Counted from the first letter of the stretch, positions 29,716 through 40,960 are shown. The stretch is 64,000 nt of DNA from an uncultured Acidobacteriota bacterium (GCA_963796275.1 CAWCKY010000006.1:2496001-2560000); one strand, 5' to 3'. Notes: a model not told the origin generated them from the letters alone. Program-made: numbers and translations.

Positions 29716-30035
29716 TCTGTAGTTTTTGCGTTGACCTGTCCGGCTCGCGTCCGCGCATAATGCTTTGTTTTTCGATAAGGGTTTTCTCTACGAGATCACA
29801 TGTGCATAATAGCGCAATTGTCTAAACCCGTAAACATTTGCGGAATCATTGTAGTCGCTTCAATCGTCTGCCTGATCGTTCGATGAGTTCGCAGCGGGCG
29901 CGGATGCAGACAAACAGAACCGATCCGCCTGGAACCGATTACCATCCACGTGTACAAAAATGCGGCTGCCAATTAGAGTTCATCGAGGTTTCGGAATCCG
30001 TGCTTCGCGGGGCTGGCGTAACTACGCCGGAATCA
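29716..30035 (+). pseudogene. Degraded duplicate of the promoter and 5' end of the 15703 TBDR
   Basis: cgataagggttttc..atgtgcataat, ccgatccgcctggaaccgattaccatccacgtgtacaaa and gtttcggaatccgtgcttcgcggggctggcgt align with about 15590-15945. Confidence 0.8.
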
Positions 30036-30074
30036 TTGTGTTGAAGGTTGAATAAACTAAAAGGAGAATAGAGC

Positions 30075-30566
30075 ATGACGAAAAGACGTTTGGTAGTTTT
30101 ATTCAGTTTTTTGTTAATCATCGGCCTTGGCGTGGCCTCGGCTCAAAACGCTCAGACTGCTCAAAACCCGGCCTCACAAGCGAAGGATGCGGCCCCAGAC
30201 GTAACCGGAGAATGGACAGGCGTTTGGTTCGCCTACAATCCGTCGCAGCCCGTGAGTTCGCCGAAGGAATTGTGTAAGGCACTCTCAGCAAAGGTCTCGT
30301 CGAAGGAAGGCGTCTGGGAAGCGACGTTCGAAGGCGAATGCGGCAGGCCCTACAAGTACACGATCAAGATGGAAGGCCGTCAGGTAGGCAAGGCCGTGTT
30401 GTTCAAGGGAACGACCGACCTCGGCCCCAAGGACGGAGGAGTCTACGATTGGATCGGGCGGGCCAATGAGAAGGAGTTCGTCGGGTTCTATACGAGCGGC
30501 TACTACACCGGATCATTCGCTCTCAAACGGGCGATTAAGAAAGAGAATTCCGCCATTTCCCAATAA
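30075..30566 (+). CDS. Secreted hypothetical beta-barrel-like protein
   Basis: AAGGAG RBS, signal peptide, DVTGEWTGVW, two Cys, DLGPKDGGVYDWIG. Confidence 0.75.
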   Translation: MTKRRLVVLFSFLLIIGLGVASAQNAQTAQNPASQAKDAAPDVTGEWTGVWFAYNPSQPVSSPKELCKALSAKVSSKEGVWEATFEGECGRPYKYTIKMEGRQVGKAVLFKGTTDLGPKDGGVYDWIGRANEKEFVGFYTSGYYTGSFALKRAIKKENSAISQ

Positions 30567-30655
30567 CCGGTAATGCCCGATTGACTATCACTGCGGGTGT
30601 AGCCTCGCTACAGGCCGCGCCACGTATTATCCCCGGCGACAGAAAGGCTCGATAG

Positions 30656-33600
30656 ATGTACGTTATACCATTGAGATCGCTTCTTCTTCTTTTACTCCTC
30701 ACTCTCCCTGTTTTGGCGCAGAACTATCGCGGCACGATTCGCGGGAGAATCGCAGATTCGCGGAGCGCCGTCATTCAGGGGGCCTCGATAAAAGCGACGC
30801 ATCTGGAGACTAACGAGTCGCGCTCAGCCGTCACCAGCCAGAGTGGAGAGTTCGCGCTGACCTTGCTCCGGCCTGGATATTACAGGCTCGACGTTGAGAG
30901 CAATGGGTTCGATAATTATTCGGCCGAAGTGATAGTCTCAGTAGGTCAGGATATCCGCCACGACGTTATACTCGGAGTGGCTGCCACGACTCAGGATCCG
31001 ATCCAGATCACCGATTACGGCCTCCTCAGGCAATCGTCGCCGGCGCTCGGCGCGGTAGTTGAAAACAGACAGGTCACGGGATTACCGCTCGACGGGCGTA
31101 ATTTTCTCGAACTCTCCTTGCTCGTCCCGGGCGCGGCGCCACCAGCGCAAGGTTCAGCCGCTACAGTGCGCGGCGATTTCGCCTTCAATCTCAACGGCGC
31201 GCGCGAGGATTCCAACAATTTCCTGCTCGATGGCGTCTATAACATCAATCCGACGCTCAACTCTGCCGGCGTCGTACCGCCTGTTGATGCGATCCGTGAG
31301 TTCGAGGTCGCCACCAGCAATTATGACGCTTCATTCGGGCGCAGCGCGGGCGGGCAGATCAGTGTCGCGATGAAATCCGGTTCTAACAACATTCACGGCA
31401 CGGTCTATGAATTTCTGCGCAACAAATCGTTCGACGCGCGCAACTTCTTCGCACCTCCCAACGAGGCCGCGCCACAATATCAACGCAATCAATTCGGCTT
31501 CAGCCTGGGCGGGCGCATTATCAGGGATCGCAGCTTTTTCTTCGCCGACTATGAAGGCACGCGTCTCCGCGAAGGCGTCACGCGCGTGACCAACGTGCCC
31601 ACGCTGGAGGAGCGCAACGGCAACTTTTCGCAGAGCCTGCTGACGAAACCGGTTATTCCTCAGGGCCAACCAGGGGCGGGATTTCCGTTTCCAGGTGGCC
31701 AGCTGCCGTTTATCAATCCGATCGGGCAGGGGATCGCCGCTCTCTATCCGCTGCCCAATCGCGACACGCCGTTCGCGAACTTCGTCTCTTCGCCTACGCG
31801 CCGTGACCGTAATGATCTGTTCGACATACGTGTGGACAATCAGATCAGCCGGGCATCACAAATCTCCGCGCGCTACAGCTTCAACGACCGCGATCTCTAC
31901 GACCCATTCACGGGGCCGAGCTTTGCGCAGGTTCCCGGTTTCGGCGTCCGCGTGCCGCGCCGCGGCCAGAATGCGATGATCGGCGAAACGCACGTCTTCT
32001 CGCCCACGCTGATCAACGATGTGCGCATCGCCTTCAGCCGTACGTCCTCCGCCGTCAACCATGAGAACCAGGGAAGCAGTATCAACCAGCAGGTCGGGAT
32101 GCCCGAGCTATCCGACAACCCGCGCGATTTCGGCCTGAGCTTTATCACGATCACGGGCTATTCGCCCATCGGCGACGAGTACAACAACCCGCAATCCAGT
32201 GCGATCGACGTCTTTCAGCTGCTCGACACGGCGACCTGGTCGCGCGGGCGGCATCTTCTCAAATTCGGCCTGGACATCCGCAAAATTCAACAGAACGCTT
32301 TCCGCGACGTGCAATCACGCGGCTTCCTGACCTTCTCGTCGTTCACTCTGGATGAGCAGGGGCAACCGGTTCCCGCGATCACTGGCAACGCGCTGGCTGA
32401 CCTTCTGTTCGGTGTGCCGATCTTCACGGGCGGCGCGCGGCTCGATAACCCGCAACACCGGCGGACCGAAAGCTATAACTTTTTCATCAACGATGGCTGG
32501 CAAATCCGGCCGAACCTTTCGCTCTCGTACGGGTTGCGTTACGAATACAACTCGCCGGCAGTGGATGCCGACGACCGCGCGAGCGTTTATGATGTGAATA
32601 CGGGCAATCTTGTCGCAGTCGGTACGAACGGCGTCCCGCGCGGCGGCTACGAACCGGACAGGAACAACTTCGCTCCGCGCCTCGGCCTCGCCTGGACATT
32701 GATCGAAAAGACCGTGCTGCGCGCCGGCTACGGCATTTACTACGACCAGTCCTCGCTGGCGGCGGGTGAAGGGCTCTACTTCAACGCGCCCTATTTCAAT
32801 CTGAATCTCTATTTCCCGCTGCCGCAGCTACCGCTGCAACTCTCGGATCCGTTCCCCGCAAACTTTCCCGTCACGATGCCGCAATCGGCTAACGCGTTCC
32901 AGCGGGATCTGCGCACTTCGTACGTGCAACATTGGAACTTCGGTCTGCAAAGGCAATTGGGAGCGAGCCGCGTGCTAGAGGTAGGATACGTCGGCTCCAA
33001 AGGGACGAAGCTCCTGGCCGCGCGAGACGTCAATCAGCCGCGCCCGGGGCCGGAACTACCGAACCCGCTCATCCCATACCTGCGTCCTGATCCACGTTTC
33101 GAGGACGTCACCTATCAGGAGTCGAGCGCGAATTCGATCTATCACAGCCTGCAAACGCGCTTTCAACAGCGTCTTGCCGCCGGGCTGTCGGTACTCTCGT
33201 CCTACACGTGGTCGAAATCCCTAGACAACGCTTCCGGTATCTTCACCAGCGCGGGCGATCCGAACTTCCCGCAAGACAGTCTTAACCTTAGTGCCGAACG
33301 AGGGCGCTCGAATTTCGACGTTCGACACCGCTTCGCGTTCAGCTACGCGTACGATCTACCGTTCGGTGCTGGGGCGACCTCGGGTTTGAAAAAAGGATTG
33401 CTGGCGGGCTGGCAGACGTATGGCGTGATCACCTTGCAGACCGGGCGCCCATTCACGGTGGCATTGCTGCCGGATATAGACAACAGCAATACGGGGCGCT
33501 CGACCCTCGGTTTCGGCGCGAATGACCGGCCGAATGTGATCGGGCAGGGAGAGCTGGGCGATCCAACTCCGGAGCGATGGTTCGATACGGCGGCGTTTCA

Positions 33601-33862
33601 GTTCTCCGCGCCGTTCACCTTCGGTAACGCCGGTCGCAACGTACTGGATGGGCCGGGCTATCAGAACGTTAACTTCTCGCTGGTCAAAAACACGGCATTG
33701 CGAGAGTCGTTGAATCTGCAAATTCGCACGGAGTTCTTCAATTTTTTCAATCACCCGAATTTCGATCTGCCTGATAATTTCCTGGGCTCGCCTTCGTTTG
33801 GGAGCATCCGTTCGGCACAGAGTCCGCGCCGCGTGCAGTTCGGCATGAAATTGTTGTTTTGA
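30656..33862 (+). CDS. Oar-like TonB-dependent receptor, 1068 aa
   Basis: Carboxypeptidase-regulatory domain, [48 protein letters not shown]. Confidence 0.95.
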   Translation: MYVIPLRSLLLLLLLTLPVLAQNYRGTIRGRIADSRSAVIQGASIKATHLETNESRSAVTSQSGEFALTLLRPGYYRLDVESNGFDNYSAEVIVSVGQDIRHDVILGVAATTQDPIQITDYGLLRQSSPALGAVVENRQVTGLPLDGRNFLELSLLVPGAAPPAQGSAATVRGDFAFNLNGAREDSNNFLLDGVYNINPTLNSAGVVPPVDAIREFEVATSNYDASFGRSAGGQISVAMKSGSNNIHGTVYEFLRNKSFDARNFFAPPNEAAPQYQRNQFGFSLGGRIIRDRSFFFADYEGTRLREGVTRVTNVPTLEERNGNFSQSLLTKPVIPQGQPGAGFPFPGGQLPFINPIGQGIAALYPLPNRDTPFANFVSSPTRRDRNDLFDIRVDNQISRASQISARYSFNDRDLYDPFTGPSFAQVPGFGVRVPRRGQNAMIGETHVFSPTLINDVRIAFSRTSSAVNHENQGSSINQQVGMPELSDNPRDFGLSFITITGYSPIGDEYNNPQSSAIDVFQLLDTATWSRGRHLLKFGLDIRKIQQNAFRDVQSRGFLTFSSFTLDEQGQPVPAITGNALADLLFGVPIFTGGARLDNPQHRRTESYNFFINDGWQIRPNLSLSYGLRYEYNSPAVDADDRASVYDVNTGNLVAVGTNGVPRGGYEPDRNNFAPRLGLAWTLIEKTVLRAGYGIYYDQSSLAAGEGLYFNAPYFNLNLYFPLPQLPLQLSDPFPANFPVTMPQSANAFQRDLRTSYVQHWNFGLQRQLGASRVLEVGYVGSKGTKLLAARDVNQPRPGPELPNPLIPYLRPDPRFEDVTYQESSANSIYHSLQTRFQQRLAAGLSVLSSYTWSKSLDNASGIFTSAGDPNFPQDSLNLSAERGRSNFDVRHRFAFSYAYDLPFGAGATSGLKKGLLAGWQTYGVITLQTGRPFTVALLPDIDNSNTGRSTLGFGANDRPNVIGQGELGDPTPERWFDTAAFQFSAPFTFGNAGRNVLDGPGYQNVNFSLVKNTALRESLNLQIRTEFFNFFNHPNFDLPDNFLGSPSFGSIRSAQSPRRVQFGMKLLF

Positions 33863-33998
33863 TGGAGAGGCTTGATGGATTGCGTTCCACCGTCCCCCTA
33901 CAAGGCAGATGAGGACTGCCAGGTTGGCACAATACTTTCATCTGGCCGGTGGAAGTACCGGCTGCTGAACAAACTGTAGTTCACCTTGAGGAGTTTGA

Positions 33999-34605
33999 AT
34001 GTCCAAGTCCGACACAAAAGGCCTTTCTCGCCGTGGTTTCATCAAAACTGCCGGCAGCTTGCCGTCTTATTGAATGGAGACAACCTGCTCGATCGGCGCC
34101 AGCTGGAAGGGCTGTCCACCTTTGACTGTCAAACGGGATTATCGAAAGAGAAGGACGTCGAATTCGATTTCACGCGTCAGTCCGCCGCTTTGCAGCCGGA
34201 CAAAATCGTAGACAGCGCTTGCCAGTTCTGTAATTCCCTGTGTCGCCTGAAAGTGCATATGAAGAGCGGGCGTATCATCGATATTCTGGGTGAGCCCGAC
34301 GATCCGGTTCAGGCGGGGAACTTTTTATATAAAGGGGCCGATGATGACGCAACTGGTCTATAACCGCCATCGCCTCACGACTCCCTTGAAACGGGTCTCC
34401 GGGGAGAAGGGCTCGCCCGATTCCCAATTCTCCCCGATCTCATGGGATGAAGCGCTGACAACCATTGCACAGAAATTCCTTGCGCTAAGAGACGCCGGCG
34501 AGGCGAGAGCGATTGCGAATAGAACATCGGGCCGGTTGCCGCGCGGGCCGGGTTCACTGGTCAATCGTTTCTTTACGCTCCTCGGAAGTCCGAACGATTA
34601 TTGCA
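33999..34605 (+). pseudogene. Truncated Tat-exported DMSO-reductase-family molybdopterin oxidoreductase
   Basis: GAGGAG RBS, MSKSDTKGLSRRGFIK Tat motif; frameshift; CQFCNSLC Fe-S motif with the expected fourth Cys read as Tyr; frameshift; RLTTPLKR..ISWDEAL..IA; homology ends at LLGSPND. Confidence 0.85.
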
Positions 34606-34712
34606 AGGGAAGGTTCACGGGTTTCCGCTCGCCGCCGAACGCCTGGCAGTCTGTTAGTGATCTGTCCGATAAGAGTTGAGCTGAAGTTAGTATTCAGCAG
34701 GTTGAATGAATT

Positions 34713-35480
34713 TCAGCGTCGCTTCCATAGCGTCAAACGCGAGATTCCCAACAATCCGGCAAGCGTCAAAGCCATGCTGATCCCTGACGCCGCTGCGACC
34801 AGCGGGCTCAGTGTGTAGCGCAAGTTGGGCCAGATCACTTTGGGAAGGGTTTCCGTCTCGGGCGTGCCTAAGAATAACGCCATCACAAATTCATTCAGCG
34901 ATAGCACGAACGCCATGACTGCCGCGGCGGCCAAGGAAGGGGCGACAAGGGGAAGCGTTACCCTGATGAAAGTGCGCATCGGACCTGCGCCCAGGCCACG
35001 GGCTGCGCGTTCAAGGTCGGGATCGACACCTTCCAGCGCGCCGCGCATCACGAGGAATACCACCGGCAGGCTCCAGAGACTGTGTGCGACCGCAATCGAA
35101 AAATTCGAGCCCCAGAGACCGAGTGCCCGCATGAACGGAAGCAGCCCCATACCCAGCACGACTGTCGGAACAAAGAGAGGAAGTATGATCATGAGATTGA
35201 AAGCCTCCCGCCCTCGGAAATGATACCGGGTCACGGCAAGCGCCGCCGCCGTTCCGGCCACGAGGGCGCCCCCCACCGCGAGAACGGCGATCTCGAAACT
35301 GTTGCGCAGCGCCGCGGTCCACTGGGGACTTGCAAAGAACTGTCGGTACCAGCGCACAGACCATGCGCCTGTGGGCGGTTCCAACAGCTCGCCGGGACTG
35401 AACGATATCCAGACCGCGTAAACCAGCGGCGCTATAACGAGCGCGAGCAGCGCCGCCGCCGCCGCTCGTGCCAGAATCAT
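34713..35480 (-). CDS. ABC transporter permease, PotC-like
   Basis: LERAARGLGA EAA loop, SLNEF, TLP. Confidence 0.9.
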   Translation of the reverse strand: MILARAAAAALLALVIAPLVYAVWISFSPGELLEPPTGAWSVRWYRQFFASPQWTAALRNSFEIAVLAVGGALVAGTAAALAVTRYHFRGREAFNLMIILPLFVPTVVLGMGLLPFMRALGLWGSNFSIAVAHSLWSLPVVFLVMRGALEGVDPDLERAARGLGAGPMRTFIRVTLPLVAPSLAAAAVMAFVLSLNEFVMALFLGTPETETLPKVIWPNLRYTLSPLVAAASGISMALTLAGLLGISRLTLWKRR

Positions 35481-36388
35481 CCATCCCGTGCTAATGTTTC
35501 CCTCCAGGCCCGTTTCAATGCGACATTAAGCCCCTGCCAGATCAGCACGATCACGATGAGCGTGGCGAGCATGATGACCGCCTCGGCCGCGCCGCGTGGC
35601 CAGTTCAGGTTCTCGAATGTCTGTTTCTGAACATCCACTGCGACGGTGAGCTCCTCCGGGCTCCCCATCAGGTAAGGGCTTACGAAAGCGCCGAAAGCGA
35701 AAATCAGACTGAGGAAAAATACCAGCGCCACTCCTGGCAGAGAGAGCGGAAATGTGACCCGCCAAAACGTCCTCCACGGACCAGCGCCCAGTCCACGAGC
35801 TGCCAGAGCCAGGGACGGATCGATCCGGTCCAGGGTGACGATCAGCATGAGAACGGCGTAGGGAAGAATAAGGTATGTCTCTGCGACCAGCGCCCCGGTC
35901 AGGTTGTGCAGGAGATCGACGGGCGACGCTGAAATGCCGAGCACCTGCACTAGTCGGTTGACCGGGCCATTCGTACCCATCAACAGCTTCAACCCGTAGA
36001 TGACCACCAGCACATTGGCGAGTTTTGGAAGGATGACGGCGGAGACGGCTACAAGCTTCCACTTCCCCGGCAGGCGTGAAATCAGAAATGCCGTCGGATA
36101 GGCGATTGCCACAGTCGCGAGTGCCACGACCAAGCCGAACATCAGAGTGAAAGCCAGTATCGACCGGAAATACCCGTCCGCCAGTAGCTCGCGATACGCA
36201 TGCAGCGACCACGTGCCGGGTTTATAGAAGGATCCGCCGATGCCGAAACCGCTCTGACCGCCCCCTTCATAGAGGCTGACGCGTCCCAGAAGAAGTCCGG
36301 GGACCAGGAAGAAAAAGAGCAAGAGCACAAGGGCAGGAGCGGCCAGGACAAGCACATGGAGCCAGCTGGATCGTTTATGCGTTCCCAT
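35477..36388 (-). CDS. ABC transporter permease, PotB-like
   Basis: IAYPTA, NGPVN, IDPSLALAARGLGA, NWPRGAA; start at ATG 36388 after GGAGG. Confidence 0.9.
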   Translation of the reverse strand: MGTHKRSSWLHVLVLAAPALVLLLFFFLVPGLLLGRVSLYEGGGQSGFGIGGSFYKPGTWSLHAYRELLADGYFRSILAFTLMFGLVVALATVAIAYPTAFLISRLPGKWKLVAVSAVILPKLANVLVVIYGLKLLMGTNGPVNRLVQVLGISASPVDLLHNLTGALVAETYLILPYAVLMLIVTLDRIDPSLALAARGLGAGPWRTFWRVTFPLSLPGVALVFFLSLIFAFGAFVSPYLMGSPEELTVAVDVQKQTFENLNWPRGAAEAVIMLATLIVIVLIWQGLNVALKRAWRETLARDG

Positions 36389-37481
36389 GCGCGTCCTCCT
36401 GTGAAGATGCCGCGACCCAATCCGGATCCTGTTCGGGAATGACCCAGGCATTGGCAGCATCTACCGCGACGCTGACTTCATCGCCGATTCGAGCGGACGG
36501 CAAGACATCCGGCGCGGATCGGACCTTGAGCGACCCGCCTTTTGTAAGTCCGATGTCGAATATCTGATCGGCGCCCAAAAAAGAGAGCCCATGAAGAATT
36601 CCCCGGGCATGATGAGGATGAGCGGATGCCCTAGGCCCCAACATAACGCGTTCAGGCCGAAGAAGAATATCCGCGCCCGGCCTGCACGCCAATCCGTCTG
36701 ACGGGAGAGTCAGACCGCCCTCTAGAAAAATAGATCCGTCCCTCGCCTCTGCGACACGAATCACGTTGGCGTCGCCGAGCAGGCGCGCGATCGCCGGCAT
36801 GCGAGGCCGCTCGTAAAGCTCACGTGGCGGGCCTACTTGAAGAATGCGGCCAGCAAGCATGACTGCAATCTGGGTGGCCAGCGAAAGCGCTTCCTCCTGG
36901 TCGTGTGTCACAAGTATCGTCGTGACGCCAGTCCGGCGTTGAAGTTCGCGGAGTTCGTCGCGCATTCTCTCGCGGAGATGGCGGTCGAGGTTGGCTAGAG
37001 GCTCGTCCAGAAGCAGGAGTTTCGGCTCGATCACCAGCGCCCGCGCCAGCGCCACCCGCTGCTGCTGCCCGCCGGAGAGCTCGCGCGGCTTGCGTTCGCG
37101 TTCGCCCGGCGACAGCCGGATACGATCCAGCATCTCCTCGACCCGGCGACGCCGTTCGACTGCCGATATGCCCCGTGCTGCGAGACCGAATCCCACGTTC
37201 TCGCGCGCGGTGAGATGAGGGAAAAGCGCGTAGTTCTGGAATACCATGCCCATTCCGCGTTTTTCCGGCTGCCATCCGGTTACGTTCTGACCGTCCAGGA
37301 TGACCGTTCCATACTCCGGCTGAAGGTAACCGCCGACCAATCGTAAAAGCGTGGTTTTCCCACAGCCTGAAGGACCGAGTAGACAACAGAAGGCCCCCGC
37401 CTCTACCGCAAGCGAGACTTCGTTCAAGACGTCGCGCCGGCCGTAGCGGCAGACGACGTCCCTTAACTCCAGAAACGCCAT
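36375..37481 (-). CDS. ABC transporter ATP-binding protein, PotA-like
   Basis: GPSGCGKTT, FQNYALFPHLT, LSGGQQQRVALARAL, LLLDEP, VTHDQEEA, TOBE-like tail. Confidence 0.94.
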   Translation of the reverse strand: MAFLELRDVVCRYGRRDVLNEVSLAVEAGAFCCLLGPSGCGKTTLLRLVGGYLQPEYGTVILDGQNVTGWQPEKRGMGMVFQNYALFPHLTARENVGFGLAARGISAVERRRRVEEMLDRIRLSPGERERKPRELSGGQQQRVALARALVIEPKLLLLDEPLANLDRHLRERMRDELRELQRRTGVTTILVTHDQEEALSLATQIAVMLAGRILQVGPPRELYERPRMPAIARLLGDANVIRVAEARDGSIFLEGGLTLPSDGLACRPGADILLRPERVMLGPRASAHPHHARGILHGLSFLGADQIFDIGLTKGGSLKVRSAPDVLPSARIGDEVSVAVDAANAWVIPEQDPDWVAASSQEDAHGNA

Positions 37482-37485
37482 GGGA

Positions 37486-38628
37486 TTATCCTTTGCGCAG
37501 AATCTCCCTGTCCCAGGTGGCGACGATGTTGTCCCAATCCTTGAAGTAGACATCGTACGGATAATACTTCACGTTCTTTAACGCCTCCTCGGTCGATGGA
37601 TATATCTGGCCCCACAGTGGATCGGAAGCCGCTTTTTTCTGCGCGACCGAGAGCACTGACGTGGCGGAACCGTTCATCACGAGGGATTCCTGCATCTCTT
37701 CCGAGAGTAGGAAGTTGATTGCCTCTTCGGCAAGTTCCTTGCGAGCGCCGGCCGGAATAACCCACATCAGCTGGACGAAGGCGCGGTCGACGTCCGGCAC
37801 GATGGCGCCGAGTTCTGGGCGCTGGCGCAGGGCAACCAGCATATCCCCGCTGTGCATATTACCGATGGAGCAGTTCTGCTGGGACAGGCTGAAGGCCATG
37901 TCGGTCGATGTCGGCCACCAGTATTTCACCCGATCGCGATTTTCCCGGGCGAACTGGATCACGCCGTTCAGGTTGTTGACGCATTCCGCCGCGGCTGTGC
38001 CGGGTCTTCCTTCGACGGCTACTTTGAGGCACGCGAATGTATAGAGCGACATATAGAAAGAGTTGTAGAAGCCGAGCTTGCCATTCACCTCATCCCGCAT
38101 CAGGTCGCCCCAACTCTTGGGTTCGAAATTCAACAGTTTCTTGTTATAGCCCAGCGTCATGGCCCCCTCCGGAAACGGTATGCCATAGCCTTCGTGGTAG
38201 ACCCAATTGTCGAGCACCGAAGGGGCGAGCTTTCCGATATTGGGAATGCGGTTCATGTCGATCTTTTGGAAGAGGCCCTCACGTATCGCGGGGTAACCCT
38301 GGGTCGCATCCGTGAGGACAAGATCGAAGGCCGGCTGTCCGGGAGGTGACGCCTTCAGCTTCGGTATCGAGTCCCACCAGCCTGGATCGGGAATCACGGT
38401 GGCGCCGGTTCGAGCCTGGAAACGCGGCGCGAATTCTTCGCGGATGGCTTTCTCCCAATGGCCGGAATAGATGAAGAGCCGGAGCGTTTGCCCGGCGAAT
38501 GCTCCTATGGGACTGCCAGACGGCGTCGCGGTTGAATCCCTACTTTGACATCCCAGGATCGAAAGACCACCGGCTGCGGCGCCGGCCCAACCAAGAAATT
38601 GTCGGCGATCGATGCGATGTGGCTTCAT
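37486..38628 (-). CDS. PotD/PotF-like extracellular solute-binding protein, Tat lipoprotein
   Basis: DRRQFL twin-arginine motif, ILGC lipobox, PKSWGDL, ELAEEAINFLLS. Confidence 0.88.
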   Translation of the reverse strand: MKPHRIDRRQFLGWAGAAAGGLSILGCQSRDSTATPSGSPIGAFAGQTLRLFIYSGHWEKAIREEFAPRFQARTGATVIPDPGWWDSIPKLKASPPGQPAFDLVLTDATQGYPAIREGLFQKIDMNRIPNIGKLAPSVLDNWVYHEGYGIPFPEGAMTLGYNKKLLNFEPKSWGDLMRDEVNGKLGFYNSFYMSLYTFACLKVAVEGRPGTAAAECVNNLNGVIQFARENRDRVKYWWPTSTDMAFSLSQQNCSIGNMHSGDMLVALRQRPELGAIVPDVDRAFVQLMWVIPAGARKELAEEAINFLLSEEMQESLVMNGSATSVLSVAQKKAASDPLWGQIYPSTEEALKNVKYYPYDVYFKDWDNIVATWDREILRKG

Positions 38629-38909
38629 GATTTATTCTCCTCAGCAGGGAAGTGAGTTTCCGGAACAAGCGCGACGGGGCGCACCCATCCGGCGCTCCCT
38701 CCGCGAAGTTTGACGGGAAAAGCGACAAACAGAAATCCGTGCGGGCGCGGTAGCGCGCCGAGATTCGTCAGTTTCTCGATGAACGCTTCGGGCCGGCCGT
38801 TTTGGATTTTTCGCCGCGCGAAAAAAGACCTGGATGGAAGCCCGCTACTTCTTCACGAATCCCAAGGCCGAAACAATAATAACAATCACTATCTAGGAGG
38901 ACAGAATCA

Positions 38910-40352
38910 ATGAAGAGAAAAATATTTTTACCCGTCGCAATCCTTTTGTTCCTCGCATTTATTTCAACGCACGCGAATGCACAAATCTATGGCATCTCTG
39001 ATGTCGAGGAGAATCCCGAATTTGGAATTATTGAGGGGTTCGGCGCTACTCTGCTTGAATATGAAGTTGCAGCCTGGTACATCGGCTACACTGAGTCTTT
39101 TCTCCAAGAAGGGGAGGTCTTGAAAGATTCAGGCGCGGCTTTCGACCGCGACGTGCCGGAACTTCAGCTCTTCGTCGCCGATGTCTATACTGAAACCCCG
39201 GTCAATCCTGATACTGCGAACGAAGACGATTATTTTATTTTCACCGATCACTATCTCACGTTTTACGTCTTTCATCCCACTCTTGGGTTCTACGATCCCT
39301 TTGGTGTGCGCTTCGTTGAGGCAGAAGAATATGGAACCGAAAACACATGGTTTGTCAGCATCAACGAGGGCTACTATACTTTAGAATACGTATTGTTAGG
39401 CACGACATCAGACGTCAAAAGAAAGATCAAGGTCAAGATCGTCAAGAGCGATGGGACCGATGTCACTAATGCGAATCTTAATGCCATTGTCGGAGAGTAT
39501 GGTAGCTTGAGACTAAAGACCGAGCCAGACGTCCAATTCACCAATCTCATTTGGGATATTACCGGGTCGACGAGAATGGATTGGATTGTGAACTATATCT
39601 CGCCTACAAATGGCGTCAGTTCGGCAGTCGACTTCGGTATTTTGATCGGTTCAAATCCCATACAATTTTTCTGGTTCAATGGGGACTTTAACGGAGGAAA
39701 GTCAGAGACCGTGACCGCTACTCTCAAGATCAATAACAGACCATATACGCGCAAGGTCAATTATCGCGTCTTCGAGCCACTGGTCACAGTAGAGCAGATG
39801 CAAAAGGCCGCCGCCGTCACCGTCGATTCGAATTTTGATCTTCCCGGTCCGGCCCTTCATGACGGAAGAGCCATAGTCAACCCGGGTATAAGATTCTTGT
39901 ATAATAGTGTGGCGATCCCCTTGGGGTACACAGGGCAATGGCAGTGGGTTCAAACCGCCCAGGCCAATCGAGAGGCCCGTATGTCATCGACAATTTTCAG
40001 ATATACAGATTTCGGACTCGATGCAAACTATCCCGGTTCGATTAGAACGGATTTCGAAGATTCGCCCGGCCAAGGACTCGATTCTTCCTTTGACACCTAT
40101 ATCGTTAACGGTGAAAGTTTTGAAACCTACCTGATGTTCAAACCAAATCTCCCTGACGCGCGTTGGGTCTCGATGGCGAAAGCGTCTTGGACCTGGTCCG
40201 GGACAGCTGATAATAGCCTCTTGTCTGGATTTTCGCTGCGACCCGGGACTGCGAGCAATCCCAATGCGACTATTACGCTAGGCTTTTTGGAGGCGATTCC
40301 GCATCCGAGGTGGAATAAAAATAATCTGCCTAACTTCGTGGAGGTGAAATGA
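38910..40352 (+). CDS. Secreted hypothetical protein, 480 aa
   Basis: AGGAGG RBS, signal peptide, acidic N-region, C-domain WQWVQ..FEDSPG..FETYLMFKP..WVSM..WTWSG. Confidence 0.8.
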   Translation: MKRKIFLPVAILLFLAFISTHANAQIYGISDVEENPEFGIIEGFGATLLEYEVAAWYIGYTESFLQEGEVLKDSGAAFDRDVPELQLFVADVYTETPVNPDTANEDDYFIFTDHYLTFYVFHPTLGFYDPFGVRFVEAEEYGTENTWFVSINEGYYTLEYVLLGTTSDVKRKIKVKIVKSDGTDVTNANLNAIVGEYGSLRLKTEPDVQFTNLIWDITGSTRMDWIVNYISPTNGVSSAVDFGILIGSNPIQFFWFNGDFNGGKSETVTATLKINNRPYTRKVNYRVFEPLVTVEQMQKAAAVTVDSNFDLPGPALHDGRAIVNPGIRFLYNSVAIPLGYTGQWQWVQTAQANREARMSSTIFRYTDFGLDANYPGSIRTDFEDSPGQGLDSSFDTYIVNGESFETYLMFKPNLPDARWVSMAKASWTWSGTADNSLLSGFSLRPGTASNPNATITLGFLEAIPHPRWNKNNLPNFVEVK

Positions 40353-40855
40353 ACACATTTGCATTGATTATTATTCTGACGGCGATTCTTTCCGGGGTCG
40401 GCGTGTCACAAGAGCCGCCATTCGATTTCAGACGACATCAGGAAGCGTTGAAGAAGATGGAAATGAAAATTGATGCGGCTTCCAAAGATTGGAGACTCGG
40501 CGCGCAGATCAACATTCGAGTAGAGATCACCAACAAAGGAGCAGAGACGGTCAAAATACCCGACCCTCCGCCCTATAGCCGCTATGATGTGTCAGTCATC
40601 GGGCCTTTCAATCAACCACTGAGCAGAATACCAGTCGGGAATTCTCCCATCGAACGGCTCAATCGAGGGGCCGCAAGTGGGCGTGTGCGGGATATTGAAG
40701 CGGGGAAGAGCGTCGAAGAGAAGATTCGCCTCGATGAATTATTCGAGTTCAAACAAGTCGGCGTTTACAAGATTACCTTCAAAAGGCAGGTCGGAATTAG
40801 AGAAACGCCACACGTCTTGACGAGTAACACTTTCGTCTTGAACGTGACCAGATAG
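40349..40855 (+). CDS. Secreted Ig-like hypothetical protein, translationally coupled to the upstream gene
   Basis: ATGA overlap, GGAGG RBS, signal peptide, INIRVEITNKG..IEAGKS..GVYKITF..LTSNTFVLNV. Confidence 0.8.
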   Translation: MNTFALIIILTAILSGVGVSQEPPFDFRRHQEALKKMEMKIDAASKDWRLGAQINIRVEITNKGAETVKIPDPPPYSRYDVSVIGPFNQPLSRIPVGNSPIERLNRGAASGRVRDIEAGKSVEEKIRLDELFEFKQVGVYKITFKRQVGIRETPHVLTSNTFVLNVTR

Positions 40856-40917
40856 AGAGAGTCAGCGCGCTCGCTCGAGGCAACGCAGCGGGCGCACATT
40901 TCTTCTCACTCTTTCCC

Positions 40918-40960
40918 AGTACGAGCGCTGCCGGCGACGTGCGGCGCTCGTACTTTCTAT
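40918..40960 (+). terminator. Putative intrinsic terminator
   Basis: AGTACGAGCGCTGC / GCGGCGCTCGTACT stem with a T-rich tail, after the 40855 stop. Confidence 0.55.
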
